A stretch of 52,337 nucleotides of DNA from Bacteroidia bacterium (GCA_044377255.1 JBILJL010000001.1:1-52337), one strand, 5' to 3'; shown: positions 1-10,378, numbered from the stretch's first letter. The notes: a model not told the origin generated them from the sequence alone. Numbers and translations: made by a program.

Positions 1-471
1 TTTCTTAATTTTAGGTGCTTTATCAATAGGTAAATAACCTAAAAAAGTAAATTGTTGACCACTAAATCCACTACCCATTAATGCCATAATCATGCTTGAA
101 CCACCAGGCAAGGGAACAACTTCTATGTTTTTAGTCTGAGCCAAAGCCACCAAGGCTGAACCAGGATCGGCAATACAAGGTAAACCAGCATCACTAATGA
201 TTCCTGCATCATTTCCTTCCAAAGCTTTTAGAAGTGAGGGTACCTCCTGAGCTTGGGTGTGTTCATTTAATACCCAAATATGTAAATCTTGCTGACTGTT
301 TTCTAAACGTAATCTTTTTATTAAGGCTCTACCTTGTTTTTCGTTTTCTACCACAAAATGTTTCAAATGATGCACCAGTCGCCTCACCATTTCAGCAATA
401 AAATCATCGGAATTATCCTCACTCAAGAAGTTTGGAATAAGGTACAATTTACCATAAGTTATAGTAGACAT
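1..471 (-). CDS. SAM-dependent methyltransferase, tetrapyrrole-methylase (RsmI/YraL-like) family; C-terminal end runs off the window
   Basis: Not in the ORF track. My reverse-strand translation from ATG at 471-469 gives MSTITYGKLYLIPNFLSEDNSDDF...GIISDAGLPCIADPGSALVALAQ...VVPLPGGSSMIMALMGSGFSGQQFTFLGYLP. It is open to position 1. The SDAGxPxIxDPG and LPGxS...F.F.G(F/Y)LP motifs are typical of this family. Confidence 0.6.
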   Translation of the reverse strand, partial: MSTITYGKLYLIPNFLSEDNSDDFIAEMVRRLVHHLKHFVVENEKQGRALIKRLRLENSQQDLHIWVLNEHTQAQEVPSLLKALEGNDAGIISDAGLPCIADPGSALVALAQTKNIEVVPLPGGSSMIMALMGSGFSGQQFTFLGYLPIDKAPKIKK

Positions 472-568
472 AGTTTAATGTGTTGATTAGTTGTAAGTTA
501 AAACAAAAAAAATAAAGGTTGATTTTTGGCATTTCCAACCTTATTTTCGCCCTTCTTAAAGTATTACA

Positions 569-2689
569 ATGGCAATATTAACAAAAATAAGAAACAGATC
601 AGGATTAGCTATAGGTGCAGTAGGTTTAGCCTTAGGATTATTTGTGGTTTCTGACGCTTTAAATTCAAACTCGGCATTATTTGGCGGAGGTAGCCAACAA
701 AACAATGTAGGTGAAATTGATGGTGAATCAATTGGCATCAAGCAGTTTGACGACAAACTTCAATATAACTTGGAGAATTTCAAAAAACGCACACAACAAG
801 AAAACCTAGACGAGGCAACTCAAGGTCAGGTGCGCGATCAAACTTGGAATCAAATGTTAAATGATTTCATGCTTACAAAAGAATACGACCAATTAGGATT
901 AATAGTTGGCGAGGAAGAACTTTCCGACATTATCTATGGCAACAATATTCACGCTCAAATTAAGCAATCGTTTACCGACCCAAAAACAGGCGTATTTGAT
1001 GTAAACAACGTAAAGCGTTACCTTAAACAAATGACTGAAGGCACTGATGAAGCTGCTAAAGCACAGTGGAAAGAATTTGAAGACTTTTTGGTAACAGAAT
1101 CTCTTCAACGTAAATATTCAAGCTTATTGAAAAAAGGTTTATATGCTACTTCACTTGAAGCTAAAAATTTATATACAGGAAGAACACAAAGTTCTGAAGT
1201 AAATTTTGTGGCTTTGGCTTATTCAACTATTGCAGATTCAACCATTGTTGCAGAAGAAGGTGATTTAAAATCATACTTCAAAAAAAACATGGAAAAATAC
1301 AAGGAGCGTGAAAACTCTCGCAAGTTAGAATTTGTAGTTTGGGATTTTGCACCAACAACTGAGGATAGCGCTGTGGTACAAAAATGGGCTTTTGATCAAG
1401 TTGCTCAATTTCAAGCTTCGGAAAACGACACTGCTTATGTAGATGTGAACAGCGATAGCAAGTTTATTGCTGCAGCTCGTAAGAGAAGTGAGTATCCAGA
1501 ATCAGTTCAAAGCCGTTTATTTTCTGAGCCAATTGGGACTGTAATAGGACCAATTTTTGAAGGTGGAAAATACAGTATATATAAGGTATCTGGTATTTCT
1601 GAAGATTCGGTATATTCTATGCGTGCTAGTCATATTTTAATTCGCCCAGAAGGACCAACAGATGCAGATACAGCTAATGCAATTAAAAAAGCAAATGATA
1701 TCTTGGCCCGTATTCGCAAGGGTGAGAATTTTGCAACATTGGCTGGCGAGTTTGGCACCGATGGTACCAAAGACAGGGGTGGTGATTTAGGTTGGTTCCC
1801 TGAAGGTCAAATGGTGAAAGAATTCAATGATGCAGTTAAGAATGGTAAAAAGGGCGATCAATTTGTATTAAAAACACAGTTCGGCGTTCACGTTATTAAA
1901 ATTACTGAAGACAAAACCAAAAAGTTAGTCTGTGCAGGTGTGTTGGAGCGCTCCATTGAAGCAAGTGAAAAAACCTCTTCGGCCGCTTATAGCGATGCCA
2001 GTCAGTTTGCAGCCACTAGCAGAAATTCTGATGATTTTAACAAGAATGTAGACGAAAAGAAAATGCTTAAACGTGTCGCTGAATTTGTTCGTGAAACCGA
2101 TAATTTTTTACCTGGTTATAGCGAAGCACGCGAAGCGGTTCGTTGGGCATTCAATGCTAAAAACGGAGATGTAAGTGAAGTAATGACTGTAGGAAACGAC
2201 AAATATGTAATTGCTACTTTAACCTTAATTCGTGAAAAAGGTAAGGCAAATTTTGAGGCAGCAAAAGATAGAGTAACTACTGATTACCGCAAGGATATGA
2301 AAGCAGAAAAGTTAATGGAACAATTGAAAACTGCAATGGATGGTACCACAACTTTGGATGCTGTAAGCAGAAAAATCAACCAAACGGTAACACCAATTGC
2401 TGCTCAAACTTTTGAAAATGGTAGTATTCCATATGTGGGCTACGACAATTCATTTGCTGGATCGATTGCAGGAACTACTTCCATTAATAAACTAAGTGGA
2501 CCAGTTAAAGGAGATGCCGCAGTTTATGCTTATCAGGTAAGTAAAATTGTTCCTGCACCTGCTATGACAGATTTTTCACAGCAAAAAACCGAATTAAGCA
2601 GTGCTTTACAACAAAGAGTTGAGTATGGTTACTTTGAAATATTAAAAGAGTTGAAAAATGTAAAAGACAACAGATTCCTATTCTATTAA
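569..2689 (+). CDS. ppiD: Periplasmic chaperone / peptidyl-prolyl cis-trans isomerase, PpiD-like
   Basis: 706-aa ORF with an N-terminal membrane anchor (GLAIGAVGLALGLFVV), a SurA-N-like region and a parvulin core (ASHILIRP...GGDLGWF...FGVHVIKI). Confidence 0.8.
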   Translation: MAILTKIRNRSGLAIGAVGLALGLFVVSDALNSNSALFGGGSQQNNVGEIDGESIGIKQFDDKLQYNLENFKKRTQQENLDEATQGQVRDQTWNQMLNDFMLTKEYDQLGLIVGEEELSDIIYGNNIHAQIKQSFTDPKTGVFDVNNVKRYLKQMTEGTDEAAKAQWKEFEDFLVTESLQRKYSSLLKKGLYATSLEAKNLYTGRTQSSEVNFVALAYSTIADSTIVAEEGDLKSYFKKNMEKYKERENSRKLEFVVWDFAPTTEDSAVVQKWAFDQVAQFQASENDTAYVDVNSDSKFIAAARKRSEYPESVQSRLFSEPIGTVIGPIFEGGKYSIYKVSGISEDSVYSMRASHILIRPEGPTDADTANAIKKANDILARIRKGENFATLAGEFGTDGTKDRGGDLGWFPEGQMVKEFNDAVKNGKKGDQFVLKTQFGVHVIKITEDKTKKLVCAGVLERSIEASEKTSSAAYSDASQFAATSRNSDDFNKNVDEKKMLKRVAEFVRETDNFLPGYSEAREAVRWAFNAKNGDVSEVMTVGNDKYVIATLTLIREKGKANFEAAKDRVTTDYRKDMKAEKLMEQLKTAMDGTTTLDAVSRKINQTVTPIAAQTFENGSIPYVGYDNSFAGSIAGTTSINKLSGPVKGDAAVYAYQVSKIVPAPAMTDFSQQKTELSSALQQRVEYGYFEILKELKNVKDNRFLFY

Positions 2690-2690
2690 T

Positions 2691-3449
2691 ATGTTAAATT
2701 ACAAAAGAACGGGATCTGGCAATCAGACTTTGGTTCTGATACATGGATACTGCGAAAACAATACCTGCTTCAACGAGCAGGTATTGTTTTTTGAGGGCAT
2801 TTGCAGTGTGCTTACTCTTGATTTGCCTGGGTTTGGCAAAACGCCTAGTGTGCCAGAAATAACCATTGAAGAGATGGCCCAAATGGTGAACCAAGTTTTG
2901 GTTCAAGAAAAAATTGAATCTTGCATATTACTTGGACATAGCATGGGTGGCTATGTAACTTTGGCCTTTGCTGAATTGTTTCCAAATAAGCTAAAAGGCT
3001 TTGGATTAATCCATAGTATAGCCAATGCAGATTCGGATAAAAGAAAGGATAAAAGAAAACAGGTTATTTCTTTTATTCGAGAAAATGGAAAAGAAAAATA
3101 TATTAAGAATTTCATCCCTAATTTATTTACCCCAAACGCACAAAAAGATATTATTGAATACGCTATTGAGCAAGGATTAGAAAGTGATGAATTAGGGATT
3201 ATTGAAGCTGCACAGGCCATGATGCTCAGACCAGATAGGCAATCAATATTAAGAAACACCTCCCTTCCAGTTTATTTTGCCATTGGTAAAAACGACCAAT
3301 TAATACCAGAGGCAGCTATGTTTGCCCAAGCAGCAATTTGCCAAAAATCTATGATTACTTATTTAGAAAAATCAGCTCACATGGGAATGATGGAAGAGCC
3401 AGAATTACTAAATAGTGGCATCGTTAAATTTTTAGCATTGGCTGAATAA
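2691..3449 (+). CDS. Alpha/beta-fold hydrolase
   Basis: 252 aa with LIHGY near the N-terminus and a GHSMGG nucleophile elbow. It starts 1 nt after the ppiD stop. Confidence 0.8.
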   Translation: MLNYKRTGSGNQTLVLIHGYCENNTCFNEQVLFFEGICSVLTLDLPGFGKTPSVPEITIEEMAQMVNQVLVQEKIESCILLGHSMGGYVTLAFAELFPNKLKGFGLIHSIANADSDKRKDKRKQVISFIRENGKEKYIKNFIPNLFTPNAQKDIIEYAIEQGLESDELGIIEAAQAMMLRPDRQSILRNTSLPVYFAIGKNDQLIPEAAMFAQAAICQKSMITYLEKSAHMGMMEEPELLNSGIVKFLALAE

Positions 3450-3464
3450 AAAACCTTTTTCAGC
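3441..3464. terminator. Weak hairpin between convergent genes (GCTGAAtAA...TTtTTCAGC)
   Basis: Imperfect inverted repeat spanning the hydrolase stop codon. It lies between convergent stops at 3449 and 3469 and has no clean U-tract. Confidence 0.3.
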
Positions 3465-3468
3465 TTGC

Positions 3469-5430
3469 TTACGAGTTAAGATTACCTGTACTTCTAATTG
3501 CTTTCAAAACAATTAAAAAGTCTTTTTCGATGGAATAATCTTTGGCATACAAAAAGTTCAATTTTTGTATGGTAACAATGTTCATTCCCTTGCCTCTTTG
3601 CCCATCTAGCGGACTAAGAACACCCTTTTTTATTACAGGTAACAATTTAATATTATCGGCATTTGCGTAACCAACCCATGTTTTGGTGCCTACTAAAACT
3701 TGAAAAATATTTTGAAAGAAGTTTGTTCTTTGTTTTACCAATAAAATTAGGATTGGTGAAAACAACATCAAAAGAAAACTGGCTGCTATGTCGAATACGC
3801 GCTTCTTTTGCTGTTCAAAAGCCTTAGATAGTTTTAAATTTATTTCTATTGTATAAAAATCACCTGGGGTGTTTTTGTTGTTACTGCCTATAATAAACAA
3901 ACTCTCCTCTGGAACAATCTTGTATAGAATATCTTGTTGGCTATTGCTGCCCATCCATTCAATGATGGAGCTTGCAGCCAAATCTTTGCTACAAAAGATA
4001 ATCTCTTCTACACCAAAGAATTTTACCAATTCAGAAAGCTCGCCAACTTGACCTAAATAATTTTCATCCTTATAAGGTTCAAGCGAAACGTAACCTAAAT
4101 AATCGCTTTTAGATTTTGATTTGATGAGTAAATCTTGCACTCGCTCTACTTCAGATTTATTACCAACTATTATGGTTTTTAATTGGCCGCCCAAAGCAAA
4201 ACTCCAGCGCTTGTATTTGGCATAATACAATATCAATCTAATAACAAACGCATCAATAATTGCAGCCATTGCACCAATTAAAATAATTGCCCTAGAAAAT
4301 CGGTAGTCTTCTTCAACAAATGCATAAAAAACGGCAATGGCTAGGGTACCAAAGGCAATTCCTTTGGCAACACTTAAGAAAGTTTTCCTTTTGTTGTAAG
4401 ACCCAGCCAAGGCCAATCCAATAAGCCATAACAGAGCATACACAAGACTATTTGAATAAACAATTTGTGTTGGATAGGCTAAAGGTGTATCATATTTTAG
4501 GTTCGACCAAAAACCAACTATAAGAGTTAGACTGCTAAAAATTACAATAAAATCTAGTAAGGGCACAAAAACTTTAGAAGCAAACCTAACAATTAAGGCA
4601 GCAAAGGCACGTAAATAAATTGCCACATGAATAAGCGCACTAAAATTACGTGCATGACGCCGAGAATAATGCTTATTGGCAAATATTACCATTGCCTTAT
4701 AAAAGGTAAAAACAAAATTTACACTGGTTTTTTTAGTGCTCTCGCCTTTGTAATGAATGATAGTTGTATATGGAAAATAATAGTTCTTGAACCCAGCCTT
4801 ATTAATACAATAGCTGAGGTCTATATCTTCGCCATACATGAAATAATCTTCATCCAACAATCCAACTTGCTTTAACACATCATGTCTAATCATCATAAAT
4901 GCACCGGCAAGTACATCCACCTCATGAATTTCATTTTTGCTCAAGAATCCCAAATGATATTTGCCAAACTTCTTCGACTTCGGGAAAAGTGCTGCCAATC
5001 CGCTAATTTTATAGAAAGCAACCTCAGGAGTAGGCAACCCCCGCTTCGATTCAGGCAAAAATTTTCCTGAACCATCTATCATTTTTACCCCAACGCCACC
5101 AGCATCTGGGGTTTGATCCATAAAATGAATCAACTTATCAAAACAATCCTCTTCAATTACTGTATCTGGATTGAGGAGCAAAATATATTTTCCTTTTGCT
5201 TGGCGAATTGCTTGGTTATTCGCTTTTGCAAAGCCCACATTGTCTTTATTTTCAAAGAGCTTAACCTCTGGAAAAAGGGAGCGAACCATTTCGCAAGAAC
5301 CATCAAAAGAGTGGTTATCAACAACAAAAACTTCAACTTGTAGCCCCATACAGGCTCTGCGAACTGAATGCAGGGCCTGCTCAAGGAAATATTTAACGTT
5401 ATAATTAACTATGACTACCGAAAGTTGCAT
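3469..5430 (-). CDS. Family-2 glycosyltransferase fused to a multi-pass membrane region and a degenerate polyprenyl-phosphate sugar-transferase-like C-terminus
   Basis: N-terminus VVIVNYNVKYFLEQALHSV...VVDNHSFDGS...LLLNPDT...MYGEDIDL is classic GT2. It is followed by about 5 hydrophobic helices, a Rossmann-like IIVGNKSEVERV segment, then KRVFDIAASFLLMLFSPILILLV...VLVGTKTWVGY. Confidence 0.8.
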   Translation of the reverse strand: MQLSVVIVNYNVKYFLEQALHSVRRACMGLQVEVFVVDNHSFDGSCEMVRSLFPEVKLFENKDNVGFAKANNQAIRQAKGKYILLLNPDTVIEEDCFDKLIHFMDQTPDAGGVGVKMIDGSGKFLPESKRGLPTPEVAFYKISGLAALFPKSKKFGKYHLGFLSKNEIHEVDVLAGAFMMIRHDVLKQVGLLDEDYFMYGEDIDLSYCINKAGFKNYYFPYTTIIHYKGESTKKTSVNFVFTFYKAMVIFANKHYSRRHARNFSALIHVAIYLRAFAALIVRFASKVFVPLLDFIVIFSSLTLIVGFWSNLKYDTPLAYPTQIVYSNSLVYALLWLIGLALAGSYNKRKTFLSVAKGIAFGTLAIAVFYAFVEEDYRFSRAIILIGAMAAIIDAFVIRLILYYAKYKRWSFALGGQLKTIIVGNKSEVERVQDLLIKSKSKSDYLGYVSLEPYKDENYLGQVGELSELVKFFGVEEIIFCSKDLAASSIIEWMGSNSQQDILYKIVPEESLFIIGSNNKNTPGDFYTIEINLKLSKAFEQQKKRVFDIAASFLLMLFSPILILLVKQRTNFFQNIFQVLVGTKTWVGYANADNIKLLPVIKKGVLSPLDGQRGKGMNIVTIQKLNFLYAKDYSIEKDFLIVLKAIRSTGNLNS

Positions 5431-5567
5431 AAAAGAAGGTAACGAAGATAAGGCTTTGTGTATTGTATTCCCAGCAAGAAAAATCCTACTCTATTTTTTA
5501 AAAGTTTTCATTAATATCGTGGTAAATATTGTGAGGCTATTAGGCAAACAATAAAACATATTAAATT

Positions 5568-6362
5568 ATGAACATGAGTGAATTTAGGGTACGTACAATG
5601 GCTGATATGGCGTCAAATGGAGAAGAGGCTGAAATTTTGTTTTGGGTTGGCTGCGCAGGGAGTTTTGACGAGAGAGCGCAAAAAATAACCAAAGCTGTTG
5701 CAAAAATTTTGCATGCTGCTGGCCTTAAATTTGCCATTCTTGGAACCGAAGAGGCATGTACAGGAGATCCTGCTAAACGGGCAGGAAATGAATTCCTGTT
5801 TCAAATGATGGCCATGCAAAATATCGCAACACTGGATGCTTATGGCATTAAAAAAATTGTAACTGCTTGCCCTCATTGTTTCAATACCCTAAAAAATGAA
5901 TACCCAGCACTCGGAGGTACTTATGAAATTTTACATCATACCACACTTATAAACCAACTCTTAAATGATGCAAAAATTAGCATTCAAGGTGGTGGTTTTA
6001 AGGGGCAAAGAATTACTTATCATGATAGTTGCTATTTAGGAAGGTCAAATAATATTTATGAAGCTCCTAGGGAAATTATTGAAAAACTAGATGCCGCACT
6101 AGTTGAAATGAAACGCAGTAAGGCCAACGGCTTATGCTGTGGTGCTGGTGGCGCACAAATGTTTAAAGAAGCTGAAGAAGGTAAAAAAGAAGTAAATATT
6201 GAACGAGCCGATGACATGTTAGAAACACAAGCAAATGTAGTGGCTGCTGCTTGTCCTTTTTGCATGACTATGCTCAGAGATGGAGTAAAGCACCACAATA
6301 AAGAGGCAGAAATTGAGGTAAAAGATGTTGCAGAACTAGTTGCTACTGCAATGGATTTGTAA
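5568..6362 (+). CDS. (Fe-S)-binding protein with two cysteine-rich CCG domains (heterodisulfide-reductase / GlpC / LutA-like)
   Basis: 264 aa with motifs WVGCAGSF, TACPHCFNTLKNEYP, HDSCYLGR, CCGAGG and AACPFCMTML. Confidence 0.8.
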   Translation: MNMSEFRVRTMADMASNGEEAEILFWVGCAGSFDERAQKITKAVAKILHAAGLKFAILGTEEACTGDPAKRAGNEFLFQMMAMQNIATLDAYGIKKIVTACPHCFNTLKNEYPALGGTYEILHHTTLINQLLNDAKISIQGGGFKGQRITYHDSCYLGRSNNIYEAPREIIEKLDAALVEMKRSKANGLCCGAGGAQMFKEAEEGKKEVNIERADDMLETQANVVAAACPFCMTMLRDGVKHHNKEAEIEVKDVAELVATAMDL

Positions 6363-6495
6363 CACCCTTTCAAATATCCCCATCTTACTTGATGTGCCAT
6401 TTAATAACAACAATATGGGACTATGAAACAGGTTGATAAAGATGAAAAAATGGCAATGTTATTATTACCATGTAAGGACATTTAGCCCGCAATTT

Positions 6496-7110
6496 TTATA
6501 TAATTTTTCTAAAAGTAAGGTTAATTCTTGGTCCGCATTCTTGCGTTGATTTTGGAATAGCATGCAACCAATGGTGTTGCATGGTTCCTTCCATTAAAAG
6601 CAAGCTTCCATTATTTAAGGCTACTTTCAACTTCATTTGCTTTTGGGTTTTGTGTTTCAACTGAAACGTTCTGCTTGATCCAAGACTTATTGAGGCTATT
6701 TTAGGGTCTGAACCAAGCTCTTTTTCATCATCGCTGTGCCATCCCATGCTATCTTTTTGGTTGCGATATAAATTCATTAAAACGCTGTTGAATTTAAATC
6801 CTGAAAGGGCTTCTATGTCTATTTTTATTTGCTCAATTAAGGGCGTAAAAGGCATCGGCTCCAAGTGGATACCCGAATAAGAATAGTCAGCTCCTTTTTC
6901 TCCATACCAAGCTGTTAGCCTCGGTTGCGGTATAATTTTGCCAAACATTTTAATGGAGTATTGCTTCCAATTTACTTCAAGCATCAATGTCCTAAACAAG
7001 TCATTTGCCTTTTCTTGAACATAAAAAGCATCTTGCAAACTGCAAATTCCATCTACAGGAAGTAGATTAGTAATGTTAGTTTTAAACATTAAATTTTTCT
7101 TTTCCTGCAA
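6496..7110 (-). CDS. alkB: Fe(II)/2-oxoglutarate-dependent dioxygenase AlkB (alkylated-DNA repair)
   Basis: WHSDDEKELG (HxD), HHWLHAIPK and RINLTFRK motifs. An alternative start is Met8 at 7089. Either start overlaps the upstream DUF962 stop. Confidence 0.85.
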   Translation of the reverse strand: MQEKKNLMFKTNITNLLPVDGICSLQDAFYVQEKANDLFRTLMLEVNWKQYSIKMFGKIIPQPRLTAWYGEKGADYSYSGIHLEPMPFTPLIEQIKIDIEALSGFKFNSVLMNLYRNQKDSMGWHSDDEKELGSDPKIASISLGSSRTFQLKHKTQKQMKLKVALNNGSLLLMEGTMQHHWLHAIPKSTQECGPRINLTFRKII

Positions 7111-7390
7111 TTATTTCAAAATACAATTTAAAATCACTCAATAAACTATAGATTGGATATTGAAAAGTAGCGGGTTTATTTTTTTCAAAAAAGAAATGCC
7201 CAACCCAAGCAAAACCATAACCAAACAGCGGGCAAAGCCACAGTAAACTTATTTTGTGAAAAAGAAATGCACCCATGATAACCACAAAAAAAAGGGTGAT
7301 ACCTATAAAATGAAGCACCCTGCAAGTATAGTTTTGATGGTCTTTTAAATAAGAAGGGTAAAATTCATTCAATGACTTATATTTTTTCAT
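7082..7390 (-). CDS. DUF962 (Mpo1-like) small membrane protein
   Basis: 102 aa: YLKDHQNYTCRVLHFIGI...GHFFFEKNKPATFQYPIYSLLSDFKLY, with two TM helices. Confidence 0.7.
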   Translation of the reverse strand: MKKYKSLNEFYPSYLKDHQNYTCRVLHFIGITLFFVVIMGAFLFHKISLLWLCPLFGYGFAWVGHFFFEKNKPATFQYPIYSLLSDFKLYFEIIAGKEKFNV

Positions 7391-7399
7391 GATTGGTGC

Positions 7400-7906
7400 T
7401 TATTTATTCTCATCATTAATTCCAGAAAGCATGAATTTAATTACGCCTTTGGTTCGAGATAAATCTCTATTAGGTTCGTCAAAATAATAAAGTTCATATT
7501 TATCGTCCCAAACAACTCTTTCTGTTTGCATATACTTTGCTTCCATATATAACTCAATTCCTTTGCTCATTCTAGAGTAGGCGTAATAATTTATTCCAGG
7601 ACCTGTATATGCCAGGCCATGGTTAAAAGATGAGTCAACTTTTATGATTAACACCAAAATGTACTTAGGGTTTTTGTTGGTGTAATTATACCCTTCTTTG
7701 GCCAACCGTTTGATACAATACTTTTCTAACTCAGCCTCAAAATTTTTTGAAATTTTTTCTGGAGATTTATTCTCTATTTGCAGCGTAACAGTACCTCTCT
7801 TTTGAATTGCATTTACTTTGCTAAAGTTTGTATAGCGCTTGTTACAACTACTAATCAGAAGAAAAGGAACAAACAAACCGATGAATAAATTTGAAATTTT
7901 TATCAT
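7400..7906 (-). CDS. Hypothetical lipoprotein
   Basis: The ORF track starts at a TTG (7936). ATG at 7906 gives MIKISNLFIGLFVPFLLISSCNK, a lipoprotein signal with a lipobox Cys. I recognise no family. Confidence 0.55.
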   Translation of the reverse strand: MIKISNLFIGLFVPFLLISSCNKRYTNFSKVNAIQKRGTVTLQIENKSPEKISKNFEAELEKYCIKRLAKEGYNYTNKNPKYILVLIIKVDSSFNHGLAYTGPGINYYAYSRMSKGIELYMEAKYMQTERVVWDDKYELYYFDEPNRDLSRTKGVIKFMLSGINDENK

Positions 7907-7964
7907 TGCCAAACTACCATTTTTCAAAATTCGCAAAAAAAAGCAGAAAAACTACATAAAGCTT

Positions 7965-9245
7965 TTATTTCAGAAACCTATCAAAAGTAGCTCGTTCAAG
8001 CATTTCTCTATCGTCTGGATGCGCAATACTAGTAAGCATTTCAGCCCTTTGTTCCATATTTTTACCATAAAGATTAACTGCGCCATACTCTGTAACTACC
8101 CAATGAATATGGCCCCTAGTAGTTACCACGCCAGCCCCAGATTTTAATACTGGTGTTATTCTAGAAATTCCTTTTCCTGTTCTAGATGGCAAAGCAATAA
8201 TTGGTTTTCCTCCTTCCGACAATGCAGCACCTCTAATAAAATCCATTTGCCCACCAATTCCAGAATATTGATACATCCCAATTGAATCGGCACAAACCTG
8301 CCCAGTAATATCAATTTCAATGGCACTATTAATTGCAGTTACTTTGGGATTCAAGCTCAGGACCCGAGGGTCGTTAACATAGCTTATATCTAAACATTTA
8401 ACAATGGGATTATCATCCACAAAATCATATAATCTTCTGGTGCCAATTAAAAACCCACTTACACAATAACCGTTTACAATTTTCTTTTGACTGTTATTTA
8501 TCACGCCGCTTTTAATTAAATCAATGGCGCCATCCGAAAACATTTCAGAATGAAGGCCTAAATTTCGGTGAGAATGTAAGTTCTTCAGCACATTATCAGG
8601 GGTAGTTCCTATTCCCAATTGTAAGGTTGCACCATCTTCAACTAAAGCAGCAACATTTTTTCCAATTTGCCCACAAACCATATCTGAGTCATTGGAATAA
8701 CTCACCTCTGGGAGTTCATCATTTACCTCAACAGCATAATCAATGAGGGAGAAAGGAATAAATGCATCACCATGGGTACGAGGCATGTTTGGATTAATCT
8801 GGGCAATAATTATTTTGGCCGTAAAAGCCGCAGATTTGGCAACATCTACGGATGTTCCAAGGCTTACATAACCATGTTTATCTGGCGGTGAAACATGTAA
8901 AAGGGCCACATCAATTGGCAAAAACCCTTGGTTAAATAGCTTAGGAATTTCACTCAAAAAAACTGGTACATAATCTCCGCGATTTGAGTTTACTGCCTTG
9001 CGAACCGATTCGGAAACAAACAAAGAATTAATAAAAAAATGACCCTCTAAAGAAGGGTCGTTCAAATCAAAACCAAGCGTGCTAATACTAACTAATTCTA
9101 CATTTCTTAATTCCTCTTTTCTATCCATTAAAGCCTGCACAACAGTTATTGGGGTTGCAGCGCTTCCATGAACAAAAACCCTATTATGAGATTGTATATG
9201 ACGCACAGCCTCTTGCGCACTTACATATTTAGTTTCCTTTTTCAT
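7965..9245 (-). CDS. Acetyl-CoA hydrolase/transferase family protein (4-hydroxybutyrate/succinate CoA-transferase-like)
   Basis: 426 aa with a full-length look of the family: RVFVHGSAATP, LQLGIGTTPD, SEMFSDG, GGQMDFIRGA. Confidence 0.85.
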   Translation of the reverse strand: MKKETKYVSAQEAVRHIQSHNRVFVHGSAATPITVVQALMDRKEELRNVELVSISTLGFDLNDPSLEGHFFINSLFVSESVRKAVNSNRGDYVPVFLSEIPKLFNQGFLPIDVALLHVSPPDKHGYVSLGTSVDVAKSAAFTAKIIIAQINPNMPRTHGDAFIPFSLIDYAVEVNDELPEVSYSNDSDMVCGQIGKNVAALVEDGATLQLGIGTTPDNVLKNLHSHRNLGLHSEMFSDGAIDLIKSGVINNSQKKIVNGYCVSGFLIGTRRLYDFVDDNPIVKCLDISYVNDPRVLSLNPKVTAINSAIEIDITGQVCADSIGMYQYSGIGGQMDFIRGAALSEGGKPIIALPSRTGKGISRITPVLKSGAGVVTTRGHIHWVVTEYGAVNLYGKNMEQRAEMLTSIAHPDDREMLERATFDRFLK

Positions 9246-9373
9246 GGCCCAAAGATAGAGCCCTAACTGATTCCATCATTTAAAAAAACCATGATTTTTA
9301 TCTTAGTTGGCTCAAAATATTTATGGATTTTTTTACTGGCAATTCTTGATTCGATAAAGGGCACAAGTAAAGG

Positions 9374-9829
9374 CTACTTTTGCGACTTGAGCTTCCTTAA
9401 TAACTCGCGCTTAAACTCTTGCTCAGCCAGGTAAAGTTTCACTACTTTTTTTGTTGGAAGCACTTTCTTAAACTCTTGATTGTACTTTTTAAACAATTCA
9501 ACTTCAGAGGTTTTATAAGCTATCATATCATTTAATGCTTTATTTGCCTCTGCATCGGTCATTAGGTCAACATCTTTAACCTCCTCCATCATTTTACCTC
9601 TAAAATCTTTACGACTTTTTTCCATTTCTTCTGCAAATCGATTGTAAACTGGCCAAAATTTTTGCGCCTCCTCAGATGTTAAATCAAGTTTTTGAGTAAT
9701 AAAACCAACTTTCATGGCTTCAATTTTTTCTCTGTTAGGAGCACCTCCCTTTTGAGCAGATACTATACCTACACATCCCATTGCCAATAGGCAAATTATC
9801 ACTAGTTGCTTTTTCATTTTAATACTCAT
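9374..9829 (-). CDS. Secreted Spy/CpxP-like helical periplasmic protein, third gene of the ECF module
   Basis: Signal peptide ending VSA/QK, then a charged helical body (LTSEEAQKFWPVYNRF...). Its ATG shares one base with the upstream stop (TAATG). Confidence 0.5.
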   Translation of the reverse strand: MSIKMKKQLVIICLLAMGCVGIVSAQKGGAPNREKIEAMKVGFITQKLDLTSEEAQKFWPVYNRFAEEMEKSRKDFRGKMMEEVKDVDLMTDAEANKALNDMIAYKTSEVELFKKYNQEFKKVLPTKKVVKLYLAEQEFKRELLRKLKSQK

Positions 9830-10356
9830 TATAACTCTTCAATAATTAATGCTTCCTCACTATTCATTAACAAATCCTCTTCTAATTCATTGGATTTATT
9901 ACCTAACTTTTCTAACTCAACACACCAACCTGCATCACACAAAAACGCTTGATTTAAATCTCCAATATTTAGTTGTTCTGCAATTTCTTCCTCACTAATT
10001 TCTCCATTCAAAGTGATTCCTGCTTGTTTATTTGTTTCACCAAAAAACAACACAGAAACCAGCAAGACCGATGCTGCAATTCCTGTAAGCCAGTATACTT
10101 TTGCTTGCCTAAAAATAGGGGTCTTTTTAGCCTCTGAACCGATTGTTTTTTGCAAAATATTTTGGTTCAAGCTTTCAAAATAATCGGCTGGTACCTCAAA
10201 AGTGCTTTTAGCTAGTACTCCCTTTATTTCGGTTTGATCCAAATCTTTAGCCAACTGAACTTCTAATCGTTCAAAATAGCCAATAGGCGCCTCAAAACCT
10301 CCAGAAACTGGAAGATTTTTAAGAAACGATTCGCTATTGTTGATTTCTTGATCCAT
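9829..10356 (-). CDS. Putative single-pass membrane anti-sigma factor
   Basis: Sits immediately downstream of the ECF sigma gene. It has one central TM helix (VYWLTGIAASVLLVSVLFF) and an acidic C-terminus. I prefer ATG at 10356 over the TTG at 10371. The call rests on position only; I found no zf-HC2 motif. Confidence 0.45.
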   Translation of the reverse strand: MDQEINNSESFLKNLPVSGGFEAPIGYFERLEVQLAKDLDQTEIKGVLAKSTFEVPADYFESLNQNILQKTIGSEAKKTPIFRQAKVYWLTGIAASVLLVSVLFFGETNKQAGITLNGEISEEEIAEQLNIGDLNQAFLCDAGWCVELEKLGNKSNELEEDLLMNSEEALIIEEL

Positions 10357-10378
10357 GGTATTTAGACGCAATTTTTAT

